NCBI GenBank assembly: GCA_964358765.1
Contig: CAYHPN010000003.1
Location: 43,327-107,326 of the forward strand
DNA from: Candidatus Woesearchaeota archaeon
GTDB taxonomy: Archaea > Nanobdellota > Nanobdellia > Pacearchaeales > GW2011-AR1
DNA length: 64,000 nt
Direction of reading: 5' to 3'
The notes under the pieces were generated by a model. It searched no databases. It saw only the letters and a list, made by a program, of their open reading frames with translations, and was not told the DNA's origin. A program made the translations under genes and the position numbers. This document shows, in pieces, positions 39,352 through 49,205 of this stretch. Position 1 is the first letter of the stretch, and each line of letters begins with the position of its first letter.

Positions 39352-40014
39352 TTATTTTTTTCTTTTCCTTAGCCTTTTTATATATTCTTCAGAATCTGGT
39401 TCAACTTTTGTTCCAGGGAATGTAATAATGCTAAATGATTGAAAAACAGTTAACAAGAAATAATACAATACGCCCCAAAGTAAAATAAATGCAGGATTAT
39501 CAACAATTTCTCCACTTATGCTTCCCCCATGTCTTGTACCTGTTTCTATAATCTTATTTCTTAATAGTTCTTGCTGTTCTGGGAAATTATTTCCAATTCC
39601 AGATAAAAATATTGATAAAAGTGCACTAAATATCAAAGAAATTCCAATTAAAACCTTTAATTTTGATTGGGTTTTTATATTATTCATATCTTTTACCAAA
39701 ATAAATTTAGATAATGTAGAAAAAACAAAAAACAAAAATAGCATATAATTATTAAATATAAATGAAATTCCTAGAGCAAATGCGACTACTATCAATAAAA
39801 TAAATAGAGGTTTAAGTTCGCTTACTTTTCTTATTTTAGGTATTGTTAATGGCACAAATAATTCGAAGAATTCCATCATTATTATAGGAAAACCATAATG
39901 AACTAACCAGAAATTTGTTTCAAGAGGATAAAGAAATCCCTTAATATAATAATAAATCATGATAACATTGAATAAAACAAATAATATCTTGGGGATTATA
40001 TTCGCAATCTTCAT
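39352..40014 (-). CDS. Polytopic membrane protein, hypothetical
   Basis: Six or seven TM helices. Confidence 0.35.
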   Translation of the reverse strand: MKIANIIPKILFVLFNVIMIYYYIKGFLYPLETNFWLVHYGFPIIMMEFFELFVPLTIPKIRKVSELKPLFILLIVVAFALGISFIFNNYMLFLFFVFSTLSKFILVKDMNNIKTQSKLKVLIGISLIFSALLSIFLSGIGNNFPEQQELLRNKIIETGTRHGGSISGEIVDNPAFILLWGVLYYFLLTVFQSFSIITFPGTKVEPDSEEYIKRLRKRKK

Positions 40015-40230
40015 TTATAGACTTATATTCTTGCAGTTATAAATTTATTTCAGTATTGGTATTTCGTCTCAATAAATTTCACAAACTCTCCCGCCCCGCT
40101 TCCCAAAATTTCCTTCAACTTTTTACTCGTTTGCATTAAGCACTCCTCCCAAAATCCCAGACTTTTCCAAAAATTTATGACCTTTCTTCCCTTCCACGTT
40201 TGGATAAACTTTTAAGATGAAATATGATAA

Positions 40231-41133
40231 TTACTTATTTATTTTTTTCCCTAACTCCTTGCTTTTTTCTAAATAATTATTCTTAGTAACAACGTTTCTG
40301 CCTAATTCCTCTTCTGCTTTTTTTCTTGCAACCCCAGCTACCCCTCCGCCCCTCTTTGCAACATCTTTTATTTTGACAAAAATTTCAGGTTTCTCTTTTT
40401 GAGATATTTCAGTAGTAACTCTTTCTCCAAGCATTGTAAAAATTAATTCTAAATCATCCATGTGATCCCTTAAATTTATCTTTGATTTTTTAGGTAAATT
40501 CTTATAATTTTTATATTCACTTGGAGTAAGTCCAAAAGTTGCTTTGGATATTTCAGAAGTGAGAATTGCAAAATCTTTTTGTTTTCTTACACCCCTTTCC
40601 TTCCATTCATCAGTTAAATTCTGCCTTATTGCTATACCTCTTAATCTCTTATCGATCCAATCTTTAGAATACCCTTTTTTCTCATAAAGTTCTTTCATTC
40701 TTTCCTGAGCAATTTCAGGATTTTCAATCTCATCAATTCTATCTTTTCCAACTTTTGCAAGCCATAATTTGAAAGGTTCTGCCTTTGAAGAGGGTATTGA
40801 CTGGATAATTCTAAAAATATCTTTTATATTTCCTGCAATGAATTTTCTTTTAATATTTTTATCGGTTAACATCTCTACCTGGGGACATTTTGTCCCTATG
40901 TAGTTCCCAAGTTCCAAATCTCTTTTACGTAATTTTTTAAGATAATCTGTTGGATTTGAACTTTCAGTTAATACTTCGATAATATCAATTAAAGAATAAT
41001 ACCAATCTTCTTTAAACCATGTTCTTCTAATATTTTTATTTTGAAAAACAATTAGTTTATCCTGATCTTCATCCATGTTTATACTTAGTGGATTCTCAGT
41101 TAAAAGCTTTTTGTAATGAAGATAATCTAACAA
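40231..41133 (-). CDS. DNA damage-inducible protein D (DinD) family protein
   Basis: The C-terminal half KDFAILTSEISKATFGLTPSEY...INLRDHMDDLELIF...VAKRGGGVAG aligns with E. coli DinD (TDFAIFQNHGYQGLYGG...KILDHMGSTELAANLF...ELGG). Confidence 0.55.
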   Translation of the reverse strand: MLDYLHYKKLLTENPLSINMDEDQDKLIVFQNKNIRRTWFKEDWYYSLIDIIEVLTESSNPTDYLKKLRKRDLELGNYIGTKCPQVEMLTDKNIKRKFIAGNIKDIFRIIQSIPSSKAEPFKLWLAKVGKDRIDEIENPEIAQERMKELYEKKGYSKDWIDKRLRGIAIRQNLTDEWKERGVRKQKDFAILTSEISKATFGLTPSEYKNYKNLPKKSKINLRDHMDDLELIFTMLGERVTTEISQKEKPEIFVKIKDVAKRGGGVAGVARKKAEEELGRNVVTKNNYLEKSKELGKKINK

Positions 41134-41773
41134 ACTCTCCCGCTCTGCTTCCCAATATCTCCTTCAATTCTTCCTCTGTCGCATTAATAATTCCTCTCAA
41201 ACTCCCAAATTTCTCAAGTAACTTTTTAGCCTTTGCAGGCCCAACATTTGGAAATCCTTCTAAAATAAACTGCAATCTCTCCTCTTCGCTTAAAAATATC
41301 TTGCCCGCCCTTAAAGAATTATCTACTTTTTCTTTTCTAGCCAAAATGAAAATATGCATAGCAGTGTCTTTTTCATTTAGTGTATAAATTACAGGCACAT
41401 TATAATCCAGTGCAACACTCAGGAAAAATCCCCGCAGTGCATTCTCATGCATCCCTCCTTTATATCTTTCTTCTTTATCCCCTTCTATCATCAAAATACC
41501 CCTATCAAATTGTTTAAGTTCAAGCAGTTGGGTAAATATTCTCTTATCAATGATTGAACTCTTCAAATCATTTATAGTTTTTCTTTCAATTACAGCTCCC
41601 TTGACCATATAATCTCCAACTAAAAGTTGCTTAAATTCAACATCCATTCCTAATTTAACAAGCTCCGATGCAACAAGTGAATTCTTCTCTCTAAAATCAA
41701 TTTCAACCTTTACTTTTTCCTTTATTTCAACTTCTTCTCTTTTCTTCTTAGAAAATATATTCAATATTTCCAT
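41096..41773 (-). CDS. XPF/Hef-type ERCC4 nuclease with C-terminal (HhH)2 (short stand-alone form)
   Basis: ERCC4 motif LVGDYMV...GAVIERKTINDL...LMIEG, and the C-terminus EGFPNVGPAKAKKLLEKFGSLRGIINATEEEL. Confidence 0.75.
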   Translation of the reverse strand: MEILNIFSKKKREEVEIKEKVKVEIDFREKNSLVASELVKLGMDVEFKQLLVGDYMVKGAVIERKTINDLKSSIIDKRIFTQLLELKQFDRGILMIEGDKEERYKGGMHENALRGFFLSVALDYNVPVIYTLNEKDTAMHIFILARKEKVDNSLRAGKIFLSEEERLQFILEGFPNVGPAKAKKLLEKFGSLRGIINATEEELKEILGSRAGEFVRLSSLQKAFN

Positions 41774-41838
41774 AATATCTTAAAGTTATTTTAATATTTA
41801 AATTATTATTATTTTATCTTAAAAAGTAAATTCAAATA

Positions 41839-42393
41839 TTATTTCTTTCTTAAAATAAAAAATGCACCAATTAATCCAATAATAAATAATGTTGCCCCCA
41901 ATAAATTTGTAGTTTTAGCTGGTAAGCTACCAATCACATTCCCTGTAATTCCAGGAAAAGTAAAAAAAGTACTTCCTAAAAGAAGAAGGACAATAGAAGT
42001 TACAGCAGCAGCGTTTTCCAAAGGAGTTGATTTATTTTTTCCTCTAAGAATATAACCATGCCTATCTTCTTTCCTAAACTTTTTTCTTTCATTTCTATAT
42101 CTTGATTCTTTTGCTGCATGTTCTATAATATAATCTGGAGGTTGATGTGAACGTTTAAAACCGCTAGCTGCATAACCTTGCATGTGGAGATCTCGTGTAT
42201 GTTCTGCAGCACTTGCCCCATCAAGCAAATTTTCAATCCTTCTTCCCAAAGAATAAAATGTAGATTTTATTTCATATCCTATTGCAGCCAAAACACCCTC
42301 TTTTTCATAGACTTCTCCTAAAGTTTGCATATACTCTCTTGTTGCTTTGCGTTCAGACATCCCCTTAATTGGTTCATGCCTCTTTTTTGCCAT
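41839..42393 (-). CDS. Hypothetical protein with a C-terminal TM anchor; GC-richer than its surroundings
   Basis: 184 aa. The soluble N-terminus is rich in H/R/Y, and the C-terminal TM ends in RKK. The composition differs from the flanking genes. Confidence 0.35.
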   Translation of the reverse strand: MAKKRHEPIKGMSERKATREYMQTLGEVYEKEGVLAAIGYEIKSTFYSLGRRIENLLDGASAAEHTRDLHMQGYAASGFKRSHQPPDYIIEHAAKESRYRNERKKFRKEDRHGYILRGKNKSTPLENAAAVTSIVLLLLGSTFFTFPGITGNVIGSLPAKTTNLLGATLFIIGLIGAFFILRKK

Positions 42394-42441
42394 ATCTAAA
42401 TTTAAGCTTTTACCTTTATAAATTTTTAGCCAAAAATTAAA

Positions 42442-44094
42442 TTACCTAAAATCATCTATCGTTCTAGTCTTCCTTATTTCTTTTAAGTCTTTCTTCACGT
42501 CCTCAATAGTCTTATGCATTTTATTTTCCCTTGCCTTGGATGCATAATGATGAGCTACATCCCGAGTATCCTTTGTAATCAGAATGATTAATTTTCCTGG
42601 AGCAAGTCTCGCAGTCCTCCCAGCTCTCTGAATACTTCTTATTGCAGAAGGAATCGGCTCATAAAATATTACTGCAGATACTTCAGGGATATCAAGTCCC
42701 TCTTCCCCAATCGAAGTGCAAACTAAAACATTTATCTTTCCCTCTCTAAAATCATCAACAATTGCTTTTTGTTCTTTTTGATTTAGTCCTGCAACTTTTC
42801 CTTCAGAGTTTAATTTCTTTGCTTGTCCGATAAAAATTGCAGACTTAATTTTATCAATTTTATTCATCCTTCGCGATATTTTCATTGCAGTCTCCCTAAA
42901 CTGTGTAAATATTATAACCTTAGAATCTTCTTTTTCCTTTATCTGCTGTTCGAGTATAACTGCAATTTCTTCAATTTTAGGATGTTCGACTTCATTCTTA
43001 ATCAAATCAGCAACAGAAATTAGTATTGCTCTAAATTCTTTCGAGTTTACCAAGGCTACAACTGCTTTTGATTTCTTCATTTCCGCTTGTTTCATTAAAT
43101 TAATTAAATATTCATTCAGTCCAGATATCGTTTGTGTTTCCAACAATTCCATAGCATGGGATATTTTAATAGCACTTGCAGTTAAAGACATCCCTCGCAG
43201 TGCATTAAAATCTCTCGAGTTCTGATATCTCATTGCTAAATTTCCTTGCAATTTTAATAAGGTAATCTTGTTAACAGGCCCAAATAATAATTTTTTTTCC
43301 TTTAGATCGTCCACATTTTTATCAAAAACCTTCTTAAGTAAATATTTTATTTCTTCAAATTCTTTTGGAAAAGGTACCATCACTTTATTAAAATCAAGCT
43401 CTTGCATATACCCTTTAACATCTTCAGACTCCCTAGTTCTTAGTTCAATTTCCTCTATATCCAAATGCTTGCAAATCTCTTTAACTTTATCAGTTTCATG
43501 TCCAGGAGAGGCAGTCAATCCCAAAATTCTCTGCATTTCAGACTGTCTCTTATAATAATCTACAACTTTAGTATAATCATAATTCTTAAGGCATCTATGC
43601 GCTTCATCTATTACAAGTAAAGAAACTTCTTTGAGATCATAAATTCCTTTTTCTAAATCATTTGCAATGCATTGCGGAGTAGAAAATATCATTTCAGCAG
43701 TCTGAAAAATCTCACTTCTTTTTCCTGCGTGTACTGATCCAGTAAACATCTCCATTTCCATAAATAATTCAGGCAATAATTTCTTAAAAGTTTCATAATG
43801 CTGTTCCACTAGAGGTCTAGTAGGTGCCAAAATTAATATCTTTGACAGGGGATATTTCTTCTTTCTTTCAATTGCAAGCATTAACGCAATAAGAGTTTTT
43901 CCTGTCCCTGTTGGCAAAACAACTAAAGTATTTTTATCTTTTGCAATTTCAAATATATTTTGCTGGTATTCTCTAGGTTTAATATCAATTTCAATATCTT
44001 TTAATTCTCTTTTCTCTTCTTTCTTTTTTGTGTATTCGCCCTCATTTAATGCAGTTTTATCAAATATATTATAAAAATTTCTCTTTTTTTCCAT
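42442..44094 (-). CDS. Hef/FANCM-type SF2 helicase (helicase module only)
   Basis: Motif I VVLPTGTGKTLIA, II VIDEAHR, III LGLTASPG, VI QRAGRTAR. It ends with a stop and does not continue into a nuclease domain. Confidence 0.75.
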   Translation of the reverse strand: MEKKRNFYNIFDKTALNEGEYTKKKEEKRELKDIEIDIKPREYQQNIFEIAKDKNTLVVLPTGTGKTLIALMLAIERKKKYPLSKILILAPTRPLVEQHYETFKKLLPELFMEMEMFTGSVHAGKRSEIFQTAEMIFSTPQCIANDLEKGIYDLKEVSLLVIDEAHRCLKNYDYTKVVDYYKRQSEMQRILGLTASPGHETDKVKEICKHLDIEEIELRTRESEDVKGYMQELDFNKVMVPFPKEFEEIKYLLKKVFDKNVDDLKEKKLLFGPVNKITLLKLQGNLAMRYQNSRDFNALRGMSLTASAIKISHAMELLETQTISGLNEYLINLMKQAEMKKSKAVVALVNSKEFRAILISVADLIKNEVEHPKIEEIAVILEQQIKEKEDSKVIIFTQFRETAMKISRRMNKIDKIKSAIFIGQAKKLNSEGKVAGLNQKEQKAIVDDFREGKINVLVCTSIGEEGLDIPEVSAVIFYEPIPSAIRSIQRAGRTARLAPGKLIILITKDTRDVAHHYASKARENKMHKTIEDVKKDLKEIRKTRTIDDFR

Positions 44095-44451
44095 TTAAAC
44101 TCATAAAAACTCTTATTTATAGAATTTTGTCTTTTTACAAATTAGTTCATTGGTTATTAATTATCTTAAAATTAGTATGCCTAGGTCACATTTCTTATAT
44201 TAATCATTTATTAATTAGTCCCTTGATTATTAATTATCTTAATATGTCAAGAAACCATTCATTAAATTATGATTTCTTATTTGGGTTTCTTGAGCATGTT
44301 CAAGAACTAAAATGAAAATGCAATTCACTTTAATACAAAGTTCTTGACATTATCCGATCTATGTCTTCCGCCTTTCTTATATTTATTATATCTTCCTTTG
44401 GCTTTCTTATCATTCTTCGTTCTTCTCCTATCTGGCATTTCGTAATCCATT

Positions 44452-44754
44452 TTATTTTCTCCTTTTACTCTTTTTAATTAATTTATCATTTATAATAGTC
44501 TTGTCCTTTTTTATATGTTTCCCAATATACGCCCCAAGGGAAGATAAAAAGAAAAATAATAACAAAGGTATCAAAGAATAATTATCATTTATATATGGTT
44601 TGTTTATTGCAACAATTATCAAAACAATCATGGAAACTGATCCAAGATATCCTCCAATAATGAGTCCTTTAAATGTATTAGGTAATGTCTTCCAAGTCCT
44701 TAGGTCTTCTCTTTTAAAGTTCATTTTATTAACCGTTGCAATTATAATCTTCAC
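44452..44754 (-). CDS. Small two-TM membrane protein, the last gene of the pilin-like operon
   Basis: 100 aa. Its start overlaps the upstream pilin-like gene. Confidence 0.35.
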   Translation of the reverse strand: MKIIIATVNKMNFKREDLRTWKTLPNTFKGLIIGGYLGSVSMIVLIIVAINKPYINDNYSLIPLLLFFFLSSLGAYIGKHIKKDKTIINDKLIKKSKRRK

Positions 44755-45064
44755 AACTTAATTGACAATTGATTTCTAATCTTGAATCATTGCATTTTAT
44801 CTTCCCATTGTCAATATCATACTCCTTACAACAAAAAGTGAGTTTATCGTTATTATCACAAGCAATCCCGCAAGCATTCTTTATTGCAGAGGATGTCGAG
44901 GTATCCACAAATGGTTTCGTTCCTTCCTTAAAACTCTTAAAACCTCCCAATAAGGCATATGCAATTCCAACCAATACGAGTATTCCAATCACTATTAATA
45001 TCAATGTTGAAATCGCCATTTCCATCCCTTTAGAATTTTTCATTTTAAGGTTCTTTAAACTCAA
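44729..45064 (-). CDS. Pilin-like protein (class III signal peptide) with a Cys-rich C-terminal domain
   Basis: NSKG-MEMAISTLILIVIGILVLV is a prepilin-type signal. Eight Cys residues follow. Confidence 0.55.
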   Translation of the reverse strand: MSLKNLKMKNSKGMEMAISTLILIVIGILVLVGIAYALLGGFKSFKEGTKPFVDTSTSSAIKNACGIACDNNDKLTFCCKEYDIDNGKIKCNDSRLEINCQLSCEDYNCNG

Positions 45065-45488
45065 GAATATCCGTACAGCTGCGACTGTTCACAATTGTTT
45101 TCTCTTTGTCCTTATCATCAAATTTTTGACATCTTTCACTTTCTCTTACTTCTTTACTTTCTCCGCAATCTAATTTGGTCTCAACTCCAACTAAAACTCT
45201 ATCATCCTCACAATTGACGTACTCAGTTTTTCCATTAACCTTAATCTTCTTAAAATCAGTACAATAAGATATTTTGTCGCTTGAGGCAACTGCCGTATTA
45301 CATGCAGCTGCAACAGTAGAAAGCGAATTACCACCTTGAAATATATTAATCTTCTCCCATAAATTGCTCCAGCCCATTGAAAATCCTAAAATCAATAACA
45401 CCAAAACTATAATTCCTAAAACAATTAATATTAAAGTACCTATAGAAAGATCCTGTCCTCTCTTATTAACCCTCTTCTCCATCACCAT
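45045..45488 (-). CDS. Pilin-like protein (class III signal peptide, KRGQ motif) with Cys-rich domain
   Basis: VNKRGQ-DLSIGTLILIVLGIIVLV matches the archaeal EppA/PibD-type prepilin signal with Q at +1. Confidence 0.6.
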   Translation of the reverse strand: MVMEKRVNKRGQDLSIGTLILIVLGIIVLVLLILGFSMGWSNLWEKINIFQGGNSLSTVAAACNTAVASSDKISYCTDFKKIKVNGKTEYVNCEDDRVLVGVETKLDCGESKEVRESERCQKFDDKDKEKTIVNSRSCTDILEFKEP

Positions 45489-45504
45489 TCTAAATTTTTT
45501 ATAT

Positions 45505-45972
45505 TTATAAACCTTTACCTAATTTTATAATTATTTCAAAATTCCTCTTTATTTTATTATTTCCTCTTTCTGCTTCAACAAATAAATCTTTAATAATAAT
45601 TTCTTTAATTCCTTCATTTTCGATAATTTCAAACTCTCCATTTCTTAGTTTAGCATATATGTTTCCAGCACCCTCGTACCTATATGTTTTTTCCTTTTCA
45701 TTGGATATTCTAATTATCCTTTGTTTTAATTCTTCATTATTACAACTGCCGCATTCATTGTAAGCCTCATCAAATATCAATCTTGTCTGCTCTTGTAGAT
45801 ATTCTTCATTAAAAATTACTTCATTCATCATCTCAGATAAGTTTTTTGAATCTGTATATAACGCTGAATTAAATGTTACCATCCCCCATAATGATACAAT
45901 AATTAAGGTTATTGTTGTAACTAACAATATTCCTGTTGCTACGTCTCCTTTTTTATTCATTATTATAAACAC
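45505..45972 (-). CDS. Pilin-like protein (class III signal peptide)
   Basis: MNKKG-DVATGILLVTTITLIIV. Confidence 0.5.
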   Translation of the reverse strand: MFIIMNKKGDVATGILLVTTITLIIVSLWGMVTFNSALYTDSKNLSEMMNEVIFNEEYLQEQTRLIFDEAYNECGSCNNEELKQRIIRISNEKEKTYRYEGAGNIYAKLRNGEFEIIENEGIKEIIIKDLFVEAERGNNKIKRNFEIIIKLGKGL

Positions 45973-46547
45973 GCTCCATAATAATATTGTATAAATACAT
46001 CTTGCAATTTATTATTTTTAACAATAATTTGGTTTAGATAACCGCCATTATGGTATTTCCCAGCAGATAACGGTCTACCCCCTAAACTCTCATCAATTAC
46101 TTCATCATAATTAAAATTCATAGATATATCATCTCTTGCTGATCCTCCAGTTCTTCCTGCCGGTTTCTCAGTATAACCTTTTGCTAAAATCAAGCAATGA
46201 CCTTTCTGAACTATTTTCATTAAAGATTTTGTTAGTGTTTCTCTATCAATTATTTCGTTTTCATACAAGACATAAGAATCTAACACAAACATCTCTTTTT
46301 CCTTTCCATCTATATTAATTTGGATTTTATTTAATAAAAGATCATTGCTTGCAGTAGAAATTGATTCTGGACTAACCATGGATGGTTTTTTTATTAATCC
46401 GCTTGCAGCAACAAACAAATACGCTCCTAAAATAAAAATGATAAATAGCAATACTGGTAAAAATACAATTCCTTTCCCCAGTTGTGCTTTTTTATGGATA
46501 ATTCTGTTGTTCAATATTAGTTTTTTAGAATTTTCCATATTTATCAT
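45963..46547 (-). CDS. Pilin-like protein (class III signal peptide)
   Basis: KKAQLGKG-IVFLPVLLFIIFILGAYLF. The N-terminus is a basic stretch, then G, then a hydrophobic helix. Confidence 0.45.
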   Translation of the reverse strand: MINMENSKKLILNNRIIHKKAQLGKGIVFLPVLLFIIFILGAYLFVAASGLIKKPSMVSPESISTASNDLLLNKIQINIDGKEKEMFVLDSYVLYENEIIDRETLTKSLMKIVQKGHCLILAKGYTEKPAGRTGGSARDDISMNFNYDEVIDESLGGRPLSAGKYHNGGYLNQIIVKNNKLQDVFIQYYYGACL

Positions 46548-47077
46548 GTGAGTTTCTCCCTGCTTAATTGATTGCTTCCAGTAGATATTATAAAGTTGTA
46601 TTCTCTTTCTTTTATTTTCATTTTTAAAGTAGAATCAACACACCTCATATATTTTGGATTTTTCTCTGACAAAGCACATTGCGCTTCATCTCCCTTTCCT
46701 AAATTTAGAATTTCATTTTTTTCATCCTTTATCTGTATAAACCATGAATTCCCAGTTGAATTAAAATTTATATTGCACTTAGAATAAAATTCTTCTTCTA
46801 AAACTTCTTTATTATTGTCCCAATTAACCTCTTGCGTTTTAATGCAATTTCTTGCATTCTTATTTAAAATTGCAGCATCTACTTCTCTAAATTCATAATT
46901 TTCAGAAAAAAATAAATAAGATCCTAAAATAATGCCCGCGGTTATAACAATAATAAGAAAAAAAAATGCAATTACCATGGTCATATTCCCTAGTTGTGCT
47001 CTTCTCGATTTAATATTTTTATTCATTTTCACTCCCGACCTCCATTTCCTTATCAATAACCTTAAACGACAATACAT
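46544..47077 (-). CDS. Pilin-like protein (class III signal peptide); the start is probably the internal Met at 47026
   Basis: MNKNIKSRRAQLG-NMTMVIAFFFLIIVITAG. Confidence 0.45.
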   Translation of the reverse strand: MYCRLRLLIRKWRSGVKMNKNIKSRRAQLGNMTMVIAFFFLIIVITAGIILGSYLFFSENYEFREVDAAILNKNARNCIKTQEVNWDNNKEVLEEEFYSKCNINFNSTGNSWFIQIKDEKNEILNLGKGDEAQCALSEKNPKYMRCVDSTLKMKIKEREYNFIISTGSNQLSREKLT

Positions 47078-47450
47078 TTATCGGATCTGCAAGCCTTAAT
47101 TCATCATTTACAATTGACACATCATTAAAATAAGAATAGCATTTTTTTCTTCCTTTTGACAATTTAACGCACACTTCGTTATTTACATTATCAAATTGAA
47201 AAATTTCTGAATAACTCCCTAGTGTTTGTTTTTGCGCAATTTCTGTGGCTTTATGTACATCTAAAACAACTTCATCTCCAGGTTTTGCCATATTTATTAC
47301 TTTAGTTATTTCTTTAGAATAATAATCCTCATAAAAAGAAGTCGCAAATTTGAAATTTCCTAAGAAATACATTGTCATAGAAAAAAATATAACTGCTAAA
47401 ACTATGTAAATCGCATTATCTAAAATTATATTCGTCCCTTTCTTATTCAT
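47019..47450 (-). CDS. Pilin-like protein (class III signal peptide)
   Basis: MNKKG-TNIILDNAIYIVLAVIFF. Confidence 0.5.
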   Translation of the reverse strand: MNKKGTNIILDNAIYIVLAVIFFSMTMYFLGNFKFATSFYEDYYSKEITKVINMAKPGDEVVLDVHKATEIAQKQTLGSYSEIFQFDNVNNEVCVKLSKGRKKCYSYFNDVSIVNDELRLADPINVLSFKVIDKEMEVGSENE

Positions 47451-48103
47451 TTTCTTATTTCATCCATATGGTCTAAATATTCGTTAGTATAATGTGTAAT
47501 AACTAATATTTTTTTACTGCCTTCCATTTTCTTAGTTATTTCTAATTCCAATAATTTATTTTTTTCAAAAGCCAAATAATCTAAATTTTGTTTATTGTAA
47601 TAACCAGTCCAAGACTCAAAATCACTAGTAGGTCTAGCAAAAGCCATATCTTTTGTAGCATGAGTTACATTGATAATTATTTCATCAAAATCTAATTTTT
47701 TGAATACTCCTTTTTCTTTGCAACTAGCTTCTTTATTTTCTCCATTTCCTTTGCAAATAGCAAGGCATAGCTGCTCAAAACATGCATCAGGCCTATTAAA
47801 ATTAGAAAAATTAAAACTGGTTAGAAACCATCCCTCTCCATTTACCGAATTTATTGTTTTCTTTACTGGGTTATTATCTTCAACATCGTTAATTCTTTGT
47901 TCAATTACATCTCCAAATCTTTTTGCACTATTAATTTCTCTGTCTTGTAAAAAATTAGTGTATATTTTTACACATGCAGCAAATAAAATAACTAAAATTA
48001 GCACGGCAATAACTAATTCTGTAGAGTTTTCCATCAAATTGCCACCTTTATCTTTTTTTTCTATTTTCATTTTAAAATATCCGACCTTAAGGATCTCCTT
48101 CAA
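47447..48103 (-). CDS. Pilin-like protein (class III signal peptide) with Cys-containing C-domain
   Basis: KKDKGG-NLMENSTELVIAVLILVILFA. Confidence 0.45.
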   Translation of the reverse strand: MKEILKVGYFKMKIEKKDKGGNLMENSTELVIAVLILVILFAACVKIYTNFLQDREINSAKRFGDVIEQRINDVEDNNPVKKTINSVNGEGWFLTSFNFSNFNRPDACFEQLCLAICKGNGENKEASCKEKGVFKKLDFDEIIINVTHATKDMAFARPTSDFESWTGYYNKQNLDYLAFEKNKLLELEITKKMEGSKKILVITHYTNEYLDHMDEIRK

Positions 48104-49133
48104 TGTAACTGCAAACCTTATTTATTGATTCCACTTCGTAAGGCAAAATTTGTACTGTTGAACACCCCTCAACTTCACTAGTCTCTTCATTTTGAAAATC
48201 ACTGCAATGATTAACAGCAGCTACTTTTCCTTGATAAACATTTGACATTGCATTTACAGTTGCACCAGCACCTATTACTCCGATAAATGCTAGTCCAGTT
48301 GAGGAAGTTGCAACTTTACCTACAAATGGCACCTGTGAAGCTGTTACTACAGAGGAAATTCCTAGTCCAGCTAAATTATTTAGTACATCCATATAACCTT
48401 TATTTTTAATCTGAGTAAATACTACCGCGTATTCTGTTAAGTCGTCGTCATTAAATTCCGTTTTTTTATTATAAATTCCTAATTTCCCTCCTATATCATC
48501 AGGTGTTTTTGCATATCCATTTACAGATCTATCTTTTGCAAAATATTGTAAATATGTCTCGCTTTTCCCTTCTATTTGTTTCGTTCCCAGATATTCCTCT
48601 ACATTAACTTTATTTTCATTTTTTTCCCCTTCAATATATTTCAAAAGAGTTTCATTATTTTTTGATTTTATTTTTACTCTGGAACAAATCATGCAAGTAA
48701 CATCTTGTTTTTCCTGCCCATATGTCTTTGCTAGTCCTCCATTGAATAAATCCATTTTCCCTTCTCCCATCATATTCCAGCAATTATACATTTCATCAGC
48801 CAATGTCTTTTCAATAGTTCTCTTATCACTTCCAATATCTCCAGATAATTGAATGGTTTTCTTTACGTTTTCCTCTCCTCTAAAATCTTCACAATCCTTT
48901 CCATCTGAAATACAAATTTTCTTAGTAGTGCATTTCAATGGTACATAGGCTGAAGTAGCCTGCGGTGAAGTTGCTCTTGTTAAAACAGAAAAAGCACATA
49001 CATCTTCATTTGTTTCCCCTCCTAAATTCAAGCCATTTAAAATAAAATATAATACTACTACAAATCCTGCAATAACTAAAACTGTAGTTATAACAAAACT
49101 AGAAGTCAATTCTCCTCTTTTGCCTTTTTCCAT
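48087..49133 (-). CDS. Large pilin-like protein (class III signal peptide, KRGE motif), first gene of the operon
   Basis: MEKGKRG-ELTSSFVITTVLVIAGFVVVLY, followed by a 300-aa Cys-containing domain. Confidence 0.55.
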   Translation of the reverse strand: MEKGKRGELTSSFVITTVLVIAGFVVVLYFILNGLNLGGETNEDVCAFSVLTRATSPQATSAYVPLKCTTKKICISDGKDCEDFRGEENVKKTIQLSGDIGSDKRTIEKTLADEMYNCWNMMGEGKMDLFNGGLAKTYGQEKQDVTCMICSRVKIKSKNNETLLKYIEGEKNENKVNVEEYLGTKQIEGKSETYLQYFAKDRSVNGYAKTPDDIGGKLGIYNKKTEFNDDDLTEYAVVFTQIKNKGYMDVLNNLAGLGISSVVTASQVPFVGKVATSSTGLAFIGVIGAGATVNAMSNVYQGKVAAVNHCSDFQNEETSEVEGCSTVQILPYEVESINKVCSYIEGDP

Positions 49134-49205
49134 ATAAAACTATAGAATTTTAGATTTATAACATTTTGCACAAATTATTATAAATGAAATTTTTTCTCCT
49201 TATCA

